From: the human T2T-CHM13v2.0 reference genome, Homo sapiens
Assembly (NCBI GenBank): GCA_009914755.4
Contig: CP068257.2
Coordinates: forward strand, 38,400,001 to 38,464,000
DNA length: 64,000 nt
Reading direction: 5' to 3'
The first letter of the stretch is position 1. The number at the start of each line of letters is the position of its first letter. The notes below the pieces were generated by a model. The model searched no databases. It saw nothing but the letters and a program-made list of their open reading frames with translations, and was not told where the DNA came from. Positions 17,641 to 34,500 of the stretch are shown here, one piece after another. The position numbers were made by a program, and so were the translations under genes.

Positions 17641-19124
17641 GACCATCTTCTATGAGCTGGGCTTTGTATTATTTCTTGACCTTCTCAAGATTTGCCTGTC
17701 TCATGTCTTCAGAACCCATTGCCTGCAGTCTTTGATACACACTATTCTGATAAATGAATGAGACTGTGAGGAGTGTTAATTTAAGATATTAACCCTTTTA
17801 TGTGTTAGGGTAATACCCAGTGTCTTTTTACTCAGGAGATATTCAATCAGTAGGGATTCAATACACGAGTGTCGTATATTTGTGTTTTAACCGGGTCTGT
17901 CTGAGATGCAGTGAACGTTCAGTTAGCCTGGGCAGCCTTCTTTCTTGTCATCTGTAGAGCTGGAATCTGGGAGCTTCCTTCTGGTCACTCAGCAGGGACA
18001 AAGAGGCCTCTACCCCCACATCACTGTTCTCTAAGGTACATGCCTCCCCCATCACTTTCCACCTCTCGAGGAACTGGCACAGCCCAGGATTTCGCAATGA
18101 TTAGAACTGAACCCCAATAAGCTACCCAAGAAAAACAGTGAGCCTTTTAAGGGGCTCAGAAGTCAGACAAGAGAATCAGAACACAGGGAATACATGTTCT
18201 GGAACAAGAGGACACAAACACCAGCTTAGCAACTGCAGCAAGTACAGTGAACCAGCCAGACCACTGGACAAGGTCAGAGGTACAGGGGATGGCCTCTTGA
18301 ACACAGTGGCAGGAGGATGGTTGCAGGGTAGTGGCTGCAGAAGACCCCATGTACATACATGCTAAGCTTTTATTTCAGGCAAAGGGCTTAGAGTTCTAAG
18401 CTTGAGAACCCCTCAGAACAGGTCCTACTGTCACTTTCTGAGTCTGAGGGAGAGTTACTAAGAAGACACTGAAATTCTATAAGAGCCCTTAAGAAGCTAA
18501 AATTGCAAATACTCCTCAGAGAGACCTGGATTTCCAGCAGAAATCAGGATTAGCACATGCCAATATTTAGGTCGACATCGAGTGGGCGTGAACAGCAGTA
18601 TGTGGAGGCTTTGTTGGATGGCCCCAGGGTTCTTTTAACCTAAAATTCTATGGGAGTGTTTGAAGGGTCGTAGTTCAGAGGGAACTCTTGATCCCTGTTG
18701 TGAACGCCAAGCTCATTCCTATCTCCTGGCCTTTATCTTTGCTCAGCTCTCTGGACCACCAGAAGGATCTTTGCAGGGCTCCTTCCATCCCATCATTTAC
18801 GTCTCATTGCCTGAGAGGCCTTTCCGGGCCATTCTTTCCAAAATACTCCCCTCCCACGTTTTATCCCCTTCCTGGATTTGCTTCTCCACCCAGCACTCAC
18901 CACAGTCGGGAACGATACTATTTGTTTGTTTACTTGATCAGTGGGGATCTCTGTGGGTCTTGTCTATCAATCACTGCATCCTCAGTTCCCAAAACAGGAC
19001 CAGTCATTTAGTGTCCACTCAACACACGCATGGCAAAAAAAGACAGAGGAGCAGGGAGGCTGAGAGGGAGGGAGCAAGCCTTCCTCTAGAAGGGTGGAAC
19101 GCAGAGCAGTGCAGTGAGAATGTG

Positions 19125-19275
19125 TGTGTGCCTGTGTGTATCCATGCATGGGAGCATGTGCTTATGTATCCACGTACATGTGCATGTGTGTCAACATATA
19201 TGTGTCCATGCATGTGTACTTGTGTGTGAATGTGTATGTGTGCACGCATGTGTGTGCGCAAGCACACGTGTAGGC
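19125..19275. repeat. Imperfect (TGTG/CATG)n low-complexity repeat
   Basis: gtgtgtgtgcctgtgtgtatccatgcatgggagcatgtgcttatgtatccacgtacatgtgcatgtgtg... Confidence 0.8.
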
Positions 19276-19511
19276 ATCAAAGAGACTTGCATTTGAAAGG
19301 AGACCCTTAGTATAATATTTATGATAAACATTTCAAAACTGAGTTTTAGTGATGTGCAGAACAGAGGAGGAAGATGCAAGCCCCGAGGCTTGGCACCCCA
19401 GCTGCCTGAGCCAAGTCCTCAGGCAGTGAGGGAGATATAGGTAAGTGAAGCTGGGGGTGGGGGTTATTTAGCTCTGAAGATTGGACTGCTGGTGTCTTGT
19501 TTTGATTTCAG

Positions 19512-19621
19512 AGCCAACATGACAGATACCCAGACTTCAGAGAGGGAAAACAGCATGGTCAAAATGACAACTGAGAATACGGTGGCCAGCCTTGGTCAGA
19601 ATAGTGCTGACCTGTGCAGAG
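19512..19621 (+). ncRNA. Candidate exon of an unannotated plus-strand (DSCAM-antisense) spliced transcript. Short ORF MTDTQTSERENSMVKMTTENTVASLGQNSADLCR. An alternative donor lies at 19638
   Basis: Acceptor ctgctggtgtcttgttttgatttcag|AGCCAACATGACAG and donor GTGCAGAG|gtaggctc, with a second donor ttcttcag|gtaagggc 17 nt downstream. This is predicted from splice signals only. Confidence 0.3.
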
Positions 19622-20418
19622 GTAGGCTCTTTCTTCAGGTAAGGGCTCCTGGCCTCTCTGCATGCCTTGGGGCCCGCCTCCTACTCTCCACCCTCACACC
19701 CTCAGGAGAGAGTGATGCAAGATGAATGGATCCTAAAATTAAAATCCAGTAACTCTTTCGAATTACTGGCAATTTAGTGAATTAACAAGTTGGCACCAGG
19801 CAGTGGCCTTTTCCCACTAAAAAAAAAAAAAACAACCTCAAATGCATTCCCCAAGGAAGGGGCTGAAACTCATAACCTTGTGTCTGGGGCCCAGAGGGCA
19901 TGAGCACAGAGATCCAAAGGGGCTGATGCTTTCCCTACCACTAGTGGGGCAGGCTGTGTTAGGGTGCATGTCTGAAACTTGAAACTGAATTAAGTAGCTT
20001 CATGTAATGGCTTCTCTTGACGGCACAGGATAAACATCATAAGAAGAAGAAGCAGTAATCCAAGAAGGTTTGCAACTGGCTCAAAATGCTACCTGAAACC
20101 AAGAATGGGTACTGTAATCAAAGAATTGGAAGCCACCTTGACCCAGAGGAAAAAAAATTGTTAAACTTTGCAGCTATTTCTCAAAAGAATAGAGAATTTT
20201 GTTTTCTGTTTGTAGAGATGGGAATAGTCATCCCTTATGGAAGAAGACAATAATTTGCTGCATTTTTAGGACTTGTAATTGTACAGGCAAATTCAAAATT
20301 CAGGTAGCATTAAAATTACAGCTAGATAATGCTGCCTGCTTTGTGGATAGCTATCCTCATTTCAAGGGAGAGCACCCCTTTATCTGTTGAAGAGATGTCT
20401 TTTTGATTTGCTAAGGGC

Positions 20419-20435
20419 AAGAATGGAAAATAAGT
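20419..20435. repeat. Target-site duplication of the plus-strand L1 (left copy, aagaatggaaaataagt)
   Basis: Identical to gaatggaaaataagt at 26552-26566, which directly follows the terminal poly-A. Confidence 0.85.
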
Positions 20436-21293
20436 GCGAATAGGAACAGCTCCGGTCTGCAGCTCCCAGCGTGAGCGACGCAGAAGACGGGTGATCTCGG
20501 CATTTCCATCTGAGGTACCGGGTTCATCTCACTAGGGAGTGCCAGACAGTGGGTGCGCACACTGTGCGTGAGCCGAAGCAGAGCGAGGCATTGCCTCACT
20601 CGGGAAGCACAAAGGGTCAGGGAGTTCCCTTTCCTAGTCAAAGAAAGGGGTGACGGACGGCACCTGGAAAATCGGGTCACTCCCACCCGAATACTGTGCT
20701 TTTCTGACGGGCTTAAAACATGGCGCACCACGAGATTATATCCCGCACCTGGCTTGGAGGGTCCTACGCCCATGGAGTCTCGCTGATTGCTAGCAGAGCA
20801 GTCTGAGATCAAACTGCAAGGTGGCAGCCAGGCTGGGGGAGGGGGGCCCGCCATTGCCCAGGCTTGCTTAGGTAAACAAAGCAGCCTGGAAGCTCGAACT
20901 GGGTGGAGCCCACCACAGCTCAAGGAGGCCTGCCTGCCTGCCTCTGTAGGCTGCACAGACAAACAAAAAGACAGCAGTAACCTCTGCAGACTCAAATGTC
21001 CCTGTCTGACAGCTTTGAAGAGAGCAGTGGTCCTCCCAGTACGCAGCTGGACATCTGAGAAGGGCAGACTGCCTCCTCAAGTGGGTCCCTGACCCCGGAC
21101 CCCCGAGCAGCCTAACTGGGAGGCACCCCCCAGCAGGGGCAGACTGACACCTCACAGGGCAGGGTACTCCAACAGACCTGCAGCTGAGGGTCCTGTCTGT
21201 TAGAAGGAAAACTAACAAACAGAAAGGACATCCACACCAAAAACCCATCTGTACATCACCATCATCAAAGACCAAAAGTAGATAAAACCACAA
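20436..21293 (+). promoter_or_regulatory. L1 5'UTR (sense and antisense promoter region) of the plus-strand L1
   Basis: Homology to the L1 5'UTR. CpG-rich. Confidence 0.6.
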
Positions 21294-22298
21294 AGATGGG
21301 GAAAAACTGGAAACTCTAAAAAGCAGAGCGCCTCTCCTCTGCCAAAGGAATGCAGTTCCTCACCAGCAACGGAACAAAGCTGGACAGAGAATGACTATGA
21401 CGAGCTGAGAGAAGAAGGCTTCAGACGATCAAATTACTCTGAGCTACAGGAGGACATTCAAACCAAAGGCAAAGATGTTGAAAACTTTGAAAAAAATTTA
21501 GAAGAATGTATAACTAGAATAACTAATACACAGAAGTGCTTAAAGGAGCTGATGGAGCTGAAAACCAAGGCTCGAGAACTACGTGAAGAATGCAGAAGCC
21601 TCAGGAGCCGATGCGATCAACTGGAAGAAAGGGTATCAGTGATGGAAGATGAAATGAATGAAATGAAGCAAGAAGGGAAGTTTAGAGAAAAAAGAATAAA
21701 AAGAAATGAGCAAAGCCTCCAAGAAATATGGGACTATGTGAAAAGACCAAATCTACGTCTGATTGGTGTACCTGAAAGTGATGGGGAGAATGGAACCAAG
21801 TTGAAAAACACTCTGCAGGATATTATCCAGGAGAACTTCCCCAATCTAGCAAGGCAGGCCAAAGTTCAGATTCAGGAAATACAGAGAATGCCACAAAGAT
21901 ATTCCTTGACAAGAGCAACTCCAAGACACATAATTGTCAGATTCACCAAAGTTGAAATGAAGGAAAAAATGTTAAGGGCAGCCAGAGAGAAAGGTCGGGT
22001 TACCCTCAAAGGGAAGCCCATCAGACTAACAGTGGATCTCTCGGCAGAAACCCTACAAGCCAGAAGAGAGTGGGGGCCAATATTCAACATTCTTAAAGAA
22101 AAGAATTTTCAACCCAGAATTTCATATCCAGCCAAACTAAGCTTCATAAGTGAAGGAGAAATAAAATACTTTACAGACAAGCAAATGCTGAGAGATTTTG
22201 TCACTACCAGGCCTGCCCTAAAAGAGCTCCTGAAGGAAGCACTAAACATGGAAAGGAACAACCGGTACCAGCCACTGCAAAATCATGCCAAAATGTAG
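21294..22298 (+). pseudogene. L1 ORF1 with the same start-codon lesion as the minus-strand copy. The 248-aa translation from the first in-frame ATG (21552) is 100% identical to the other copy
   Basis: ATGGGGAAAAACTGGAAACTCTAAAAAGCAG at 21294. The GAACAAAGCTGGACAGAGAATGAC Met-to-Thr change is also shared. Track ORF 21552..22298. Confidence 0.85.
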
Positions 22299-22361
22299 AG
22301 ACCATCAAGACTAGGAAGAAACTGCATCAACTAACGAGCAAAATAACCAGCTAACATCATA

Positions 22362-26193
<3,832 letters not shown>

Positions 26194-26420
26194 ACAATGA
26201 GATCACATGGACACAGGAAGGGGAACATCACACTCTGGGGACTGTAGTGGGGTGGGGGGAGGGGGGAGGGATAGCACTGGGAGATATACCTAATGCTAGA
26301 TGACCAGTTAGTGGGTGCAGCGCACCAGAATGGCACATGTATACATATGTAACTAACCTGCACAATATGCACATGTACCCTGAAACTTAAAGTATAATAA
26401 TAAAGAAAAGAAAAGAAAAA

Positions 26421-26540
26421 GAATATGAACTAAGAAAAACTAAAGTCTAACAGGGGAAACGTGTCAGAAAAAAATACCAATGTAGGTTTTTGAATATGTG
26501 AAGGAAAAACTGATTAAATTATGCAGATGAAATAAAAATC
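26421..26540 (+). other. 3' transduced non-L1 segment of the plus-strand L1. AATAAA at about 26531-26536, about 10 nt before the poly-A
   Basis: AATATGAACTAAGAAAAACTAAAGTCTAACAGGGGAAACGTGTCAG...GATTAAATTATGCAGATGAAATAAAAATC lies between the L1 A-rich end and the (A)11 plus TSD. It is unrelated to the transduced sequence of the other L1. Confidence 0.7.
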
Positions 26541-26549
26541 AAAAAAAAA

Positions 26550-26566
26550 AAGAATGGAAAATAAGT
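26550..26566. repeat. Target-site duplication of the plus-strand L1 (right copy)
   Basis: See 20419-20435. Confidence 0.85.
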
Positions 26567-29500
26567 CACTTTGATTAAAGCTACTGAAAGTTGGAGTAGA
26601 TTTAAATGTCCTTTTGTATTTATTTGACTATAATTTCTATTAATTGAAATATTTTAACCAATTTAACCAGTTGGTTTTGTTGTCACAAGCATGATATATT
26701 CATTCATACAGTAAGGTTTATGAAGCATCTACTAATGTGCCAGACACAGTCTGGCCATATATGTGTATATTATAAACACACACAGGAGATATATATATTT
26801 ATGTATAGAGAGAGAGTTTTAAGTATGTAGTATTGAGTATTCAATACTATTAATTCATTTAAAAATAATTCTTGCATGATAACTACTTGGCTATCAGGTA
26901 TCTGCTAGACCTTGAGAAGGAAGTATGAAGATAACTAAGACATATTTCCTATTTTTCTGAAGCCACAGTCTGGCCAAATTCATGTAACTTGATGGCAATT
27001 TGCAGAGAATTTCAAAGTCTGGGGATCATAACTATTTGTACTGAAGACAGAAAAAATAAAAAGGGAAAGAGAAAAAAAGGACCATCAGAAAAGAAGCTCT
27101 AAAGTTGAGGAGGAAGAAATTGAGAGATTTGGAAGACTATAAACAGAAACAGACATGACGAATATCATCTAGCGTGAAGAGGGCATATAGGGAAAGAATG
27201 TGATGTAAAAGCACAGCTCTAGGAGCTGCTAATTGTATCACAAGCTCTAGTTAGCAGAATAGTAAACTGCAACCTTGTATTTTGTGCCCAATGTTGAATT
27301 TAGTTGAATTATAAAGGAGCGACGGAAAGGTTTCCAAAGGCTGAAATATTTTCTAAAGCATATCAGATGTTCAGTAATAATGCAGTCATCTAGGGTAGAC
27401 AAAACAAAGTTTGTGGACATTTGAACTTGCATTGATTTAAGAGATTATTCAAACCTATATTTATAAAATCATTTTACTCTGAATAGTCTATGAAGACAAT
27501 AGTAACTTAGCTATGATCTTCCATTGCTCTAATGGGTCCAGGTCACAATATCATGAGCAAAGGTCAAATTTTTAAGAAACAATCCAACAATATGAGCAGC
27601 GTGCCATCAAAAACAAGCTTCAACCCTGTAATTATGTAAAGGCCTGCACAAATAGGACAGTCTTTTAACCTAGAAGCTCATTCTGTGCCCTAAATCACAC
27701 ACAAAGGGAAAATGACGGCATGCTATCTCAGGTGGAAACATAAAGTACTTAACTGGGTGACACACAATTGAGGTGGGTACCTGCTAGGACTTCAGTGGTC
27801 ACTGGAGAAAAATAAAAGCAAGAAGGAAGAGGAGGTCAGCAGTACAGCTGGAGTCACAGTGGGGATTCTAGCAACCCAGTGCCAGAAACAATGGCTAACA
27901 TGGCTGAGTGCCTCCTCTGCTGACCCCTTCACCTGTATAATGCTATGTGCATCTAACAGAAGCCCAGTACACAGTCACCAACGCCATTCCCATTTTACAG
28001 ATGCAGGAACTGAAGCTGAGAACGCCTATACAACATGCCCACAGGCTTATGGTCTTCTCTCCAGTCCTCCTCACCTTCAGGCTGAAGAGCTGCAGAAAGT
28101 CATGGCATTTATCCTGCATTTTTCTCCATTTGCCTTGCAAATAAATGCCAACAACACGAAAAAAAAAATAGTTGAAATAAAAACACCCACAAATAACAGC
28201 TTGTCTTTTCCCCTAAGGAGGTAGACAGAATGAAAATAAAGGAAGCCATCATTCTTTATTGGATGCTGGCATGAATCTTGAGCTGGTATGGAAGATTATT
28301 TGCTGGATAAACTATTCTTATTTTATATATTTTTATGCATTTATAAAGCTCATTTCAGCTAGGCCTTGTCCCATAAAACCCAAGGGAATTGTAGTAATTC
28401 AAAAGTGAAGATACTTTTTGAAATGGAACTAGAACAGTGGTGTAGAAAATGGGTAAAATGAGAAACAAAACTGGATTCAATAAGATTGGATAGATCAGTC
28501 TGTGAAGGAAAGTCTACAGGCAACTATTTCAGGGTGAAAAAGAAAAAGTGGTTCTTCAGATGAGAACTACACTTGGCTGCCATAGGTTGGATTCCACCTA
28601 AAGATGGGTTTTATTTGCCCTGTACAATGGTTTACAAATATCCAAGCCAACACTAAAAAGCTGTGAATTTCCATATAAAACCAAGTTTTCCGGCTTCTCT
28701 TAAAACACAAGTCCATACTAAGACCCCATTTCCACTTGCGATCAGTTGGCAGGGCCTTGCTAGAGTCTTTTCTTTTAGACAGTAGTGAACCCTGAAATGG
28801 CCCATGTCCGCCTCGCTCCTTTGACCCTGTTCTCTAGCCTCTGCATTCTATTATCTGCCATGCCTTGCTGACCTCAAAATTTGCAGCTTTCACAACCCGG
28901 ACGATTCACAGGTGTTCAAGTTGAAGACCAAACTGCTGGCTGACTTAATGTTAGCCAGTTACCATCACCTTGTGTAATTCAGTGAGGCCAAGTCCCAAAC
29001 ACTGACTATATAGTAAGACCTCTCCCCTTTCAGAAGCCCTCAGTGTGGCAGTTTTAAAATACAGCCCTCACATTTTTGACAGTCTTCTCATCAAGCAGTG
29101 GGGGCCTCTTTCTCTGGAATCAGGGTTTCTTGGGCTCTGTGACTGCTTGCCCAATAGAATATGACAGAAATGATAGCTGTGTCAGTTTCCAGGCCCAACC
29201 TAAGGAAACTGGCTATTTCCACAGACTGTATCTTGGACCATTTGCTGCTAGAACCCAGCCACCATGCTGTGAGGAAGCTAAAGCACCTTGTGGAGAGGCC
29301 AGCACAGGGAGAACACAGCCAGGTCGGTGAGCCACTTTGGAAGTGGATCCCCAGCCCCAGGAGAGCCTCTGCAGCATGGTACCCTCACTAGGTCCCGCCC
29401 AAATTTCAGATTCATAAACAAAGTAAGTGACTGCTGTAGTTTTAATCCAGTGAACTTTGGGATGGTTTGTTATGCAGCCATCCATAAACAGAGCACCCAT

Positions 29501-29594
29501 TTGGTCTGAACACTGAGAAGGGCTTTCACAGCAGATGAGGGAGGACCAGGAAGGTGCACTTCCCTAAGCGACGGCCCCCAGGTGGCCTTGCTCA

Positions 29595-29936
<342 letters not shown>

Positions 29937-31298
29937 TCACCATCAGAAGTCTGAACCAACGGCATGGCCCTTCCTGGCTTGGGGCTGTTTTCTTCCAGAT
30001 CATGGTGGGACCTGGTAGGAGTTCTGGCTCCTTGGCGGAGGCTCCTGCCTTAGGCACTCTGAGGCCAGCTTCACAAGTCTCAGCAGATCCGGTTAAGGGA
30101 AGCTTTGTTGCAACCAAATTGCTGTAGTCAGATGTCCCAGCTTGGGACATTTCCATAAATAAATAACGCCTTCCCTTTAAAAAAAATCCTGCTTTTAGTG
30201 AAAACAGTAGGAGCCAGGCAGCAGCCCCCTCTCTGCTCCAACCTGCAAATGGATCTATGCCCTAGAGACTCTTTAATTGGCATGAATGATTTGAGCTGCA
30301 GTTCAGCTTCTGGGGCCTCAGCTCAGGAAGGAAGATGTGATGATATTTAGAAATAAAGATGTCATGTTGCACGGAAATTGGCCACAAGCCAGAATGGCCC
30401 CCGACCCCTGGGATGCGTCTTCTGTTGTGATTACCCTTTATGGGGACTAGAAAACCATCAGGACAAAAACTGGTGCCCACATGCCTTTGAGCTGGGCCAC
30501 GCCATCTTGGTCAGGGAGATGTCTGCGTTTCAAATGCACTAAAAAGTTTTAGGGTCTCCTCTGTGTGGAACTCTGAGACTCTTCTAAGAGAAATCACAGC
30601 CTTAAAAATAAATTCACATGGCGACGATCCTCCTCTGGAACACTGTTTTTGAAGTATATCATCAAGAACAAAAGAAAAATGAGTATTAAAATTTCCTACA
30701 GCTATTAGATTCAGATGTAATTTCTTTTCAAAATTTAAGAGGGGGTGGTGGGCAACCCGGTGCTATTCTTAGGGCCTGTCTTCTCTCTGAAGTGAAAACT
30801 TGGTGGTTGATGGCATAGACTGGATGACTTACCTTATAACCAACCCCTGTTTAATTGTCAAACGGATCAGCCTGTGTTCCCTATAGAGGGTGCTATGACC
30901 TCATCATGTAACTTCAAGTGCTGTGTCTTAATCTTGGAGATGGTAATGGGTCAGACGCCCTCAGAGTGTAATCAGCAATTACTGCAATCACGGGGGTGAA
31001 AATTTAAAAATGTCTCTATTTCTCCCAGTGGGGTAGGAACTAAATGGAGAAATAAGCTTGGGTCTAAGATTCAGGACACCTGCAGAATAGATGCAGTTTG
31101 GCTCTGTTTTGCCCTGTGTGGAGTAAAGGCTGTGCAGTTGTATTAGTAACTGTTAGATAAACCGCGTAACAATTTGAAAGTGACCTTCAAAAGAACATAA
31201 GTAAGAGGGAGGAAGCCCTCTCTCCCCTCCCCAAGGAGCCCATGAAGCTCAAGGTGCGGGGGCCGTGCTGGTCCCCAGGGACGGAGGAGGCAGCGTCA

Positions 31299-31574
<276 letters not shown>

Positions 31575-34500
31575 TCAGTGCCACCCACCCAGCACTGCCG
31601 ACTCGCCCACGCCCTCCAGGAAAACTTCCTTGACTTCTCCTGTGCAGAGGATACTTTCCCTTTCCTTTATGGCTTGAAACCTTCATCTGATACTTACGTG
31701 TTTAATCAGCCCTGCAGGGAAAAGAACACCCTACTTGGATTCAGAAGTTACATATTTGAGTCTTGCTCTTGGCCTTTAATAATGTTATGACCCTTCTAAC
31801 ATTAAAAGCTAGAAATGGAATGAGGGGAGACTGACAACAATTACAGGACAAAACAAGAAAATTTCAAACAGTGATGAAGATTATAAAGAAAATGAAACCA
31901 ATTACTGTGCTAGAGAATGACTTGAGAGAGGTACTTTGGTTACGATGTTTGCAACTGCAATTAAATGGATGATAGTACAAAAAATAATGTTATGACCCGA
32001 TGCACATCATTTAAACTTCCTGGGCATCGTCATATTCTGTAAAACAAGGAAGCTCAGCCCAGTGTGTTCTAACATGACCTCCTTTCTACATCCTTAGGTG
32101 TTGTTATGCGTGAATCACGTCCCCCCAAAAGACATGTTCATGTCCTAACCCCCAGGACCTCAGAATGTGTGATCTGGTTTGGAAATAAGGTCATCACAGA
32201 TGAAATTAGCTAAGACAAGGTCATATTGGAATAGGGTTGGCCCTTAATCCACTGTGACTGGTGTCCTTTTAAGAAGAGGACACAGACACAGGAGGGGAGA
32301 GGGCCATGGGATGATGCAGGTGGAGACTGGAGTGCTACAGCTGCAAGCAAATACATTTCTGTGCTGTGAAGCCACCCATTTGGTGGTACTACGTTAAAAC
32401 AGCTCTAGGAAATTAATACAGATGTTGCCTGTATTTTTGTTTCTCATATTACTACTCATTGTTTTAATGATGACTGTTTTATTCATTAAGTTGAAAGCTC
32501 CTAAAGCAGAGGGACCATATTTTTATGTCCCAACTCTCCTTAAGGCCTTGCCTATGATAGCACATCTCTTCAATAGAATTGTCCTAACTTTAACAGAGAC
32601 AACTTGGGTTATTTAATATGGAGAACAAAGGGTTAAGCTGGTGCCAGATGGGTTTCATTTTCTCTAAATCTGGAACCAAAGGCAGCAAGTCTATGGGGTG
32701 GACGGAGTTCTTAGCTCAACCCTTTGGTGAGGTAAGAAGAAGGATGTTCCACCAGCAGAGACTGTCAGGTACCAGAATGGGCTACAACATCGCCTCTTCT
32801 GGAATTCTGTGGAAAATGAGAGAGGTTCAGTTACCTGGAATGATTTTTCTGGGGCTCCAGCCTGGAGACAGCTTAAGGTCCTAGATGGGTCTTTTCTACC
32901 TTTGAATTCTCTGCTTCTCAAAGAGCAGTTTGATACAGTTATATTTCAGTATGGTCTGGCCACTTCTAAACCCAGCAGACTGTATTCACTGTTGGGCTCT
33001 CACGAAGTTTCAAAGGAGCAAAACTGACAGGGCCGGCCTGTAATGTTATTGCACCGATTTATTTATGTGCTTTCATGAGCCTGGCAGTGTCTCCAGGGCA
33101 GGGGCAATGGTATCCCTCTGTGGATCCATTCATAGAGCCTACAATAATCCCTGACATACAGAGTTTTCTGAAGGAATTCATAGACCTAGGGTCACTTTAT
33201 GAAGGCAATGGAAGCTCAGAGAGAAGTGACATAGCTGTTACGTGATAAAACTATAACCCAAACCTTCTGCCTTTTCAGTTCAGATAACGCCTGTTACTTG
33301 ACCACATATGGCCAAATCCTGAGTGTCTAAGTTTCCTAGTGCTGTGTCTACATGACCTTGGCTTGCTTATAATTCCATGTTGGAATGTGAAAGGCTAACA
33401 CTGGGAAGGTGCAATGACTTTGTTTTTAAACGGGAGATTTCCTCACTGCAAGTTTCTAGTTAATTCGACTTTGAATCTAATCTATCATTCTGTGTCGCTG
33501 GAGAGGTGCGTTAAGATGGCAGCCAAAGAGATAGATTTTAAGATCTCCTAAATCATCAGAATACTCAATCTTGGTAAATATTCTCTGGGGCATTGATTTT
33601 AAGACACATTTCATCCCTTACTTGCACAATTCCACGGAAGACTTCATTAGATTTTTTTTGTCCTTGATGAGAATGTAAATGAGTTATGTTGGAGCTCTAC
33701 ACAACCAGGTATGAATGATAATTGGGTTTCTTCACCGAAATGCTAGGAAAGAGGCCCTCAAAAAGACAGAAAAACATTATGATGGGGAAGAGGCTAAATG
33801 TCTTCCAGGCACTATCGACTTGATAAGTGGAGCTTAAATAAGTGAAGCTTGTTATTTAAATGCTAATGAGTCTTTTCCAGAAAATTACCCAGTCCCTTAC
33901 ATAAGTTTTGAAAATTCTCATTTTTATTCTTCTTTAAGTTTCTTGCAACTACAACTGTTGTAGCTCATTCTGAGCAGGTTTACTTCTGGCATGGAAGTTG
34001 GGGGGTGGTTGGGGGGTATAGTTTGCTAGTCCCACTTCAAGGATACAGTCATTTCCTCCAATCCCCCAAACCTTGACCCTCATTTCTTCTGCTTGAGCTC
34101 ACTCTCCAATGGTGGGGCAAAGATCTTCACTGTCATAGCCCCTTTCCTCATTGAGATCACCCTACTTGGAAAATTCCATGGGAAAGTCGCACATGCAGCC
34201 TTGATTCAAAGCCTGGTCTCTTTTCAAGTTAATTTTGTTCATAATCTCTTTTTTTCTAGATGAGGACAGTTTTACTGGTGGCCTGATAATGTTGAAAATT
34301 TAGGTCATGATATTAGTTTCCTTAAACCACAGCCCTCAGTTCTGTACTGCGCTAGGCAGGCATCCTAGGGTCAAAATTGCCTCAGTATGTAGAATACTGG
34401 GGTATTTGACACATTTATTTTTTAATAATTTGGTTTTTGGAGCCATTGTTTTGTACCTGAACTGAACTCTGCTGTATGATAATGACTAAGATAGCAGCTA

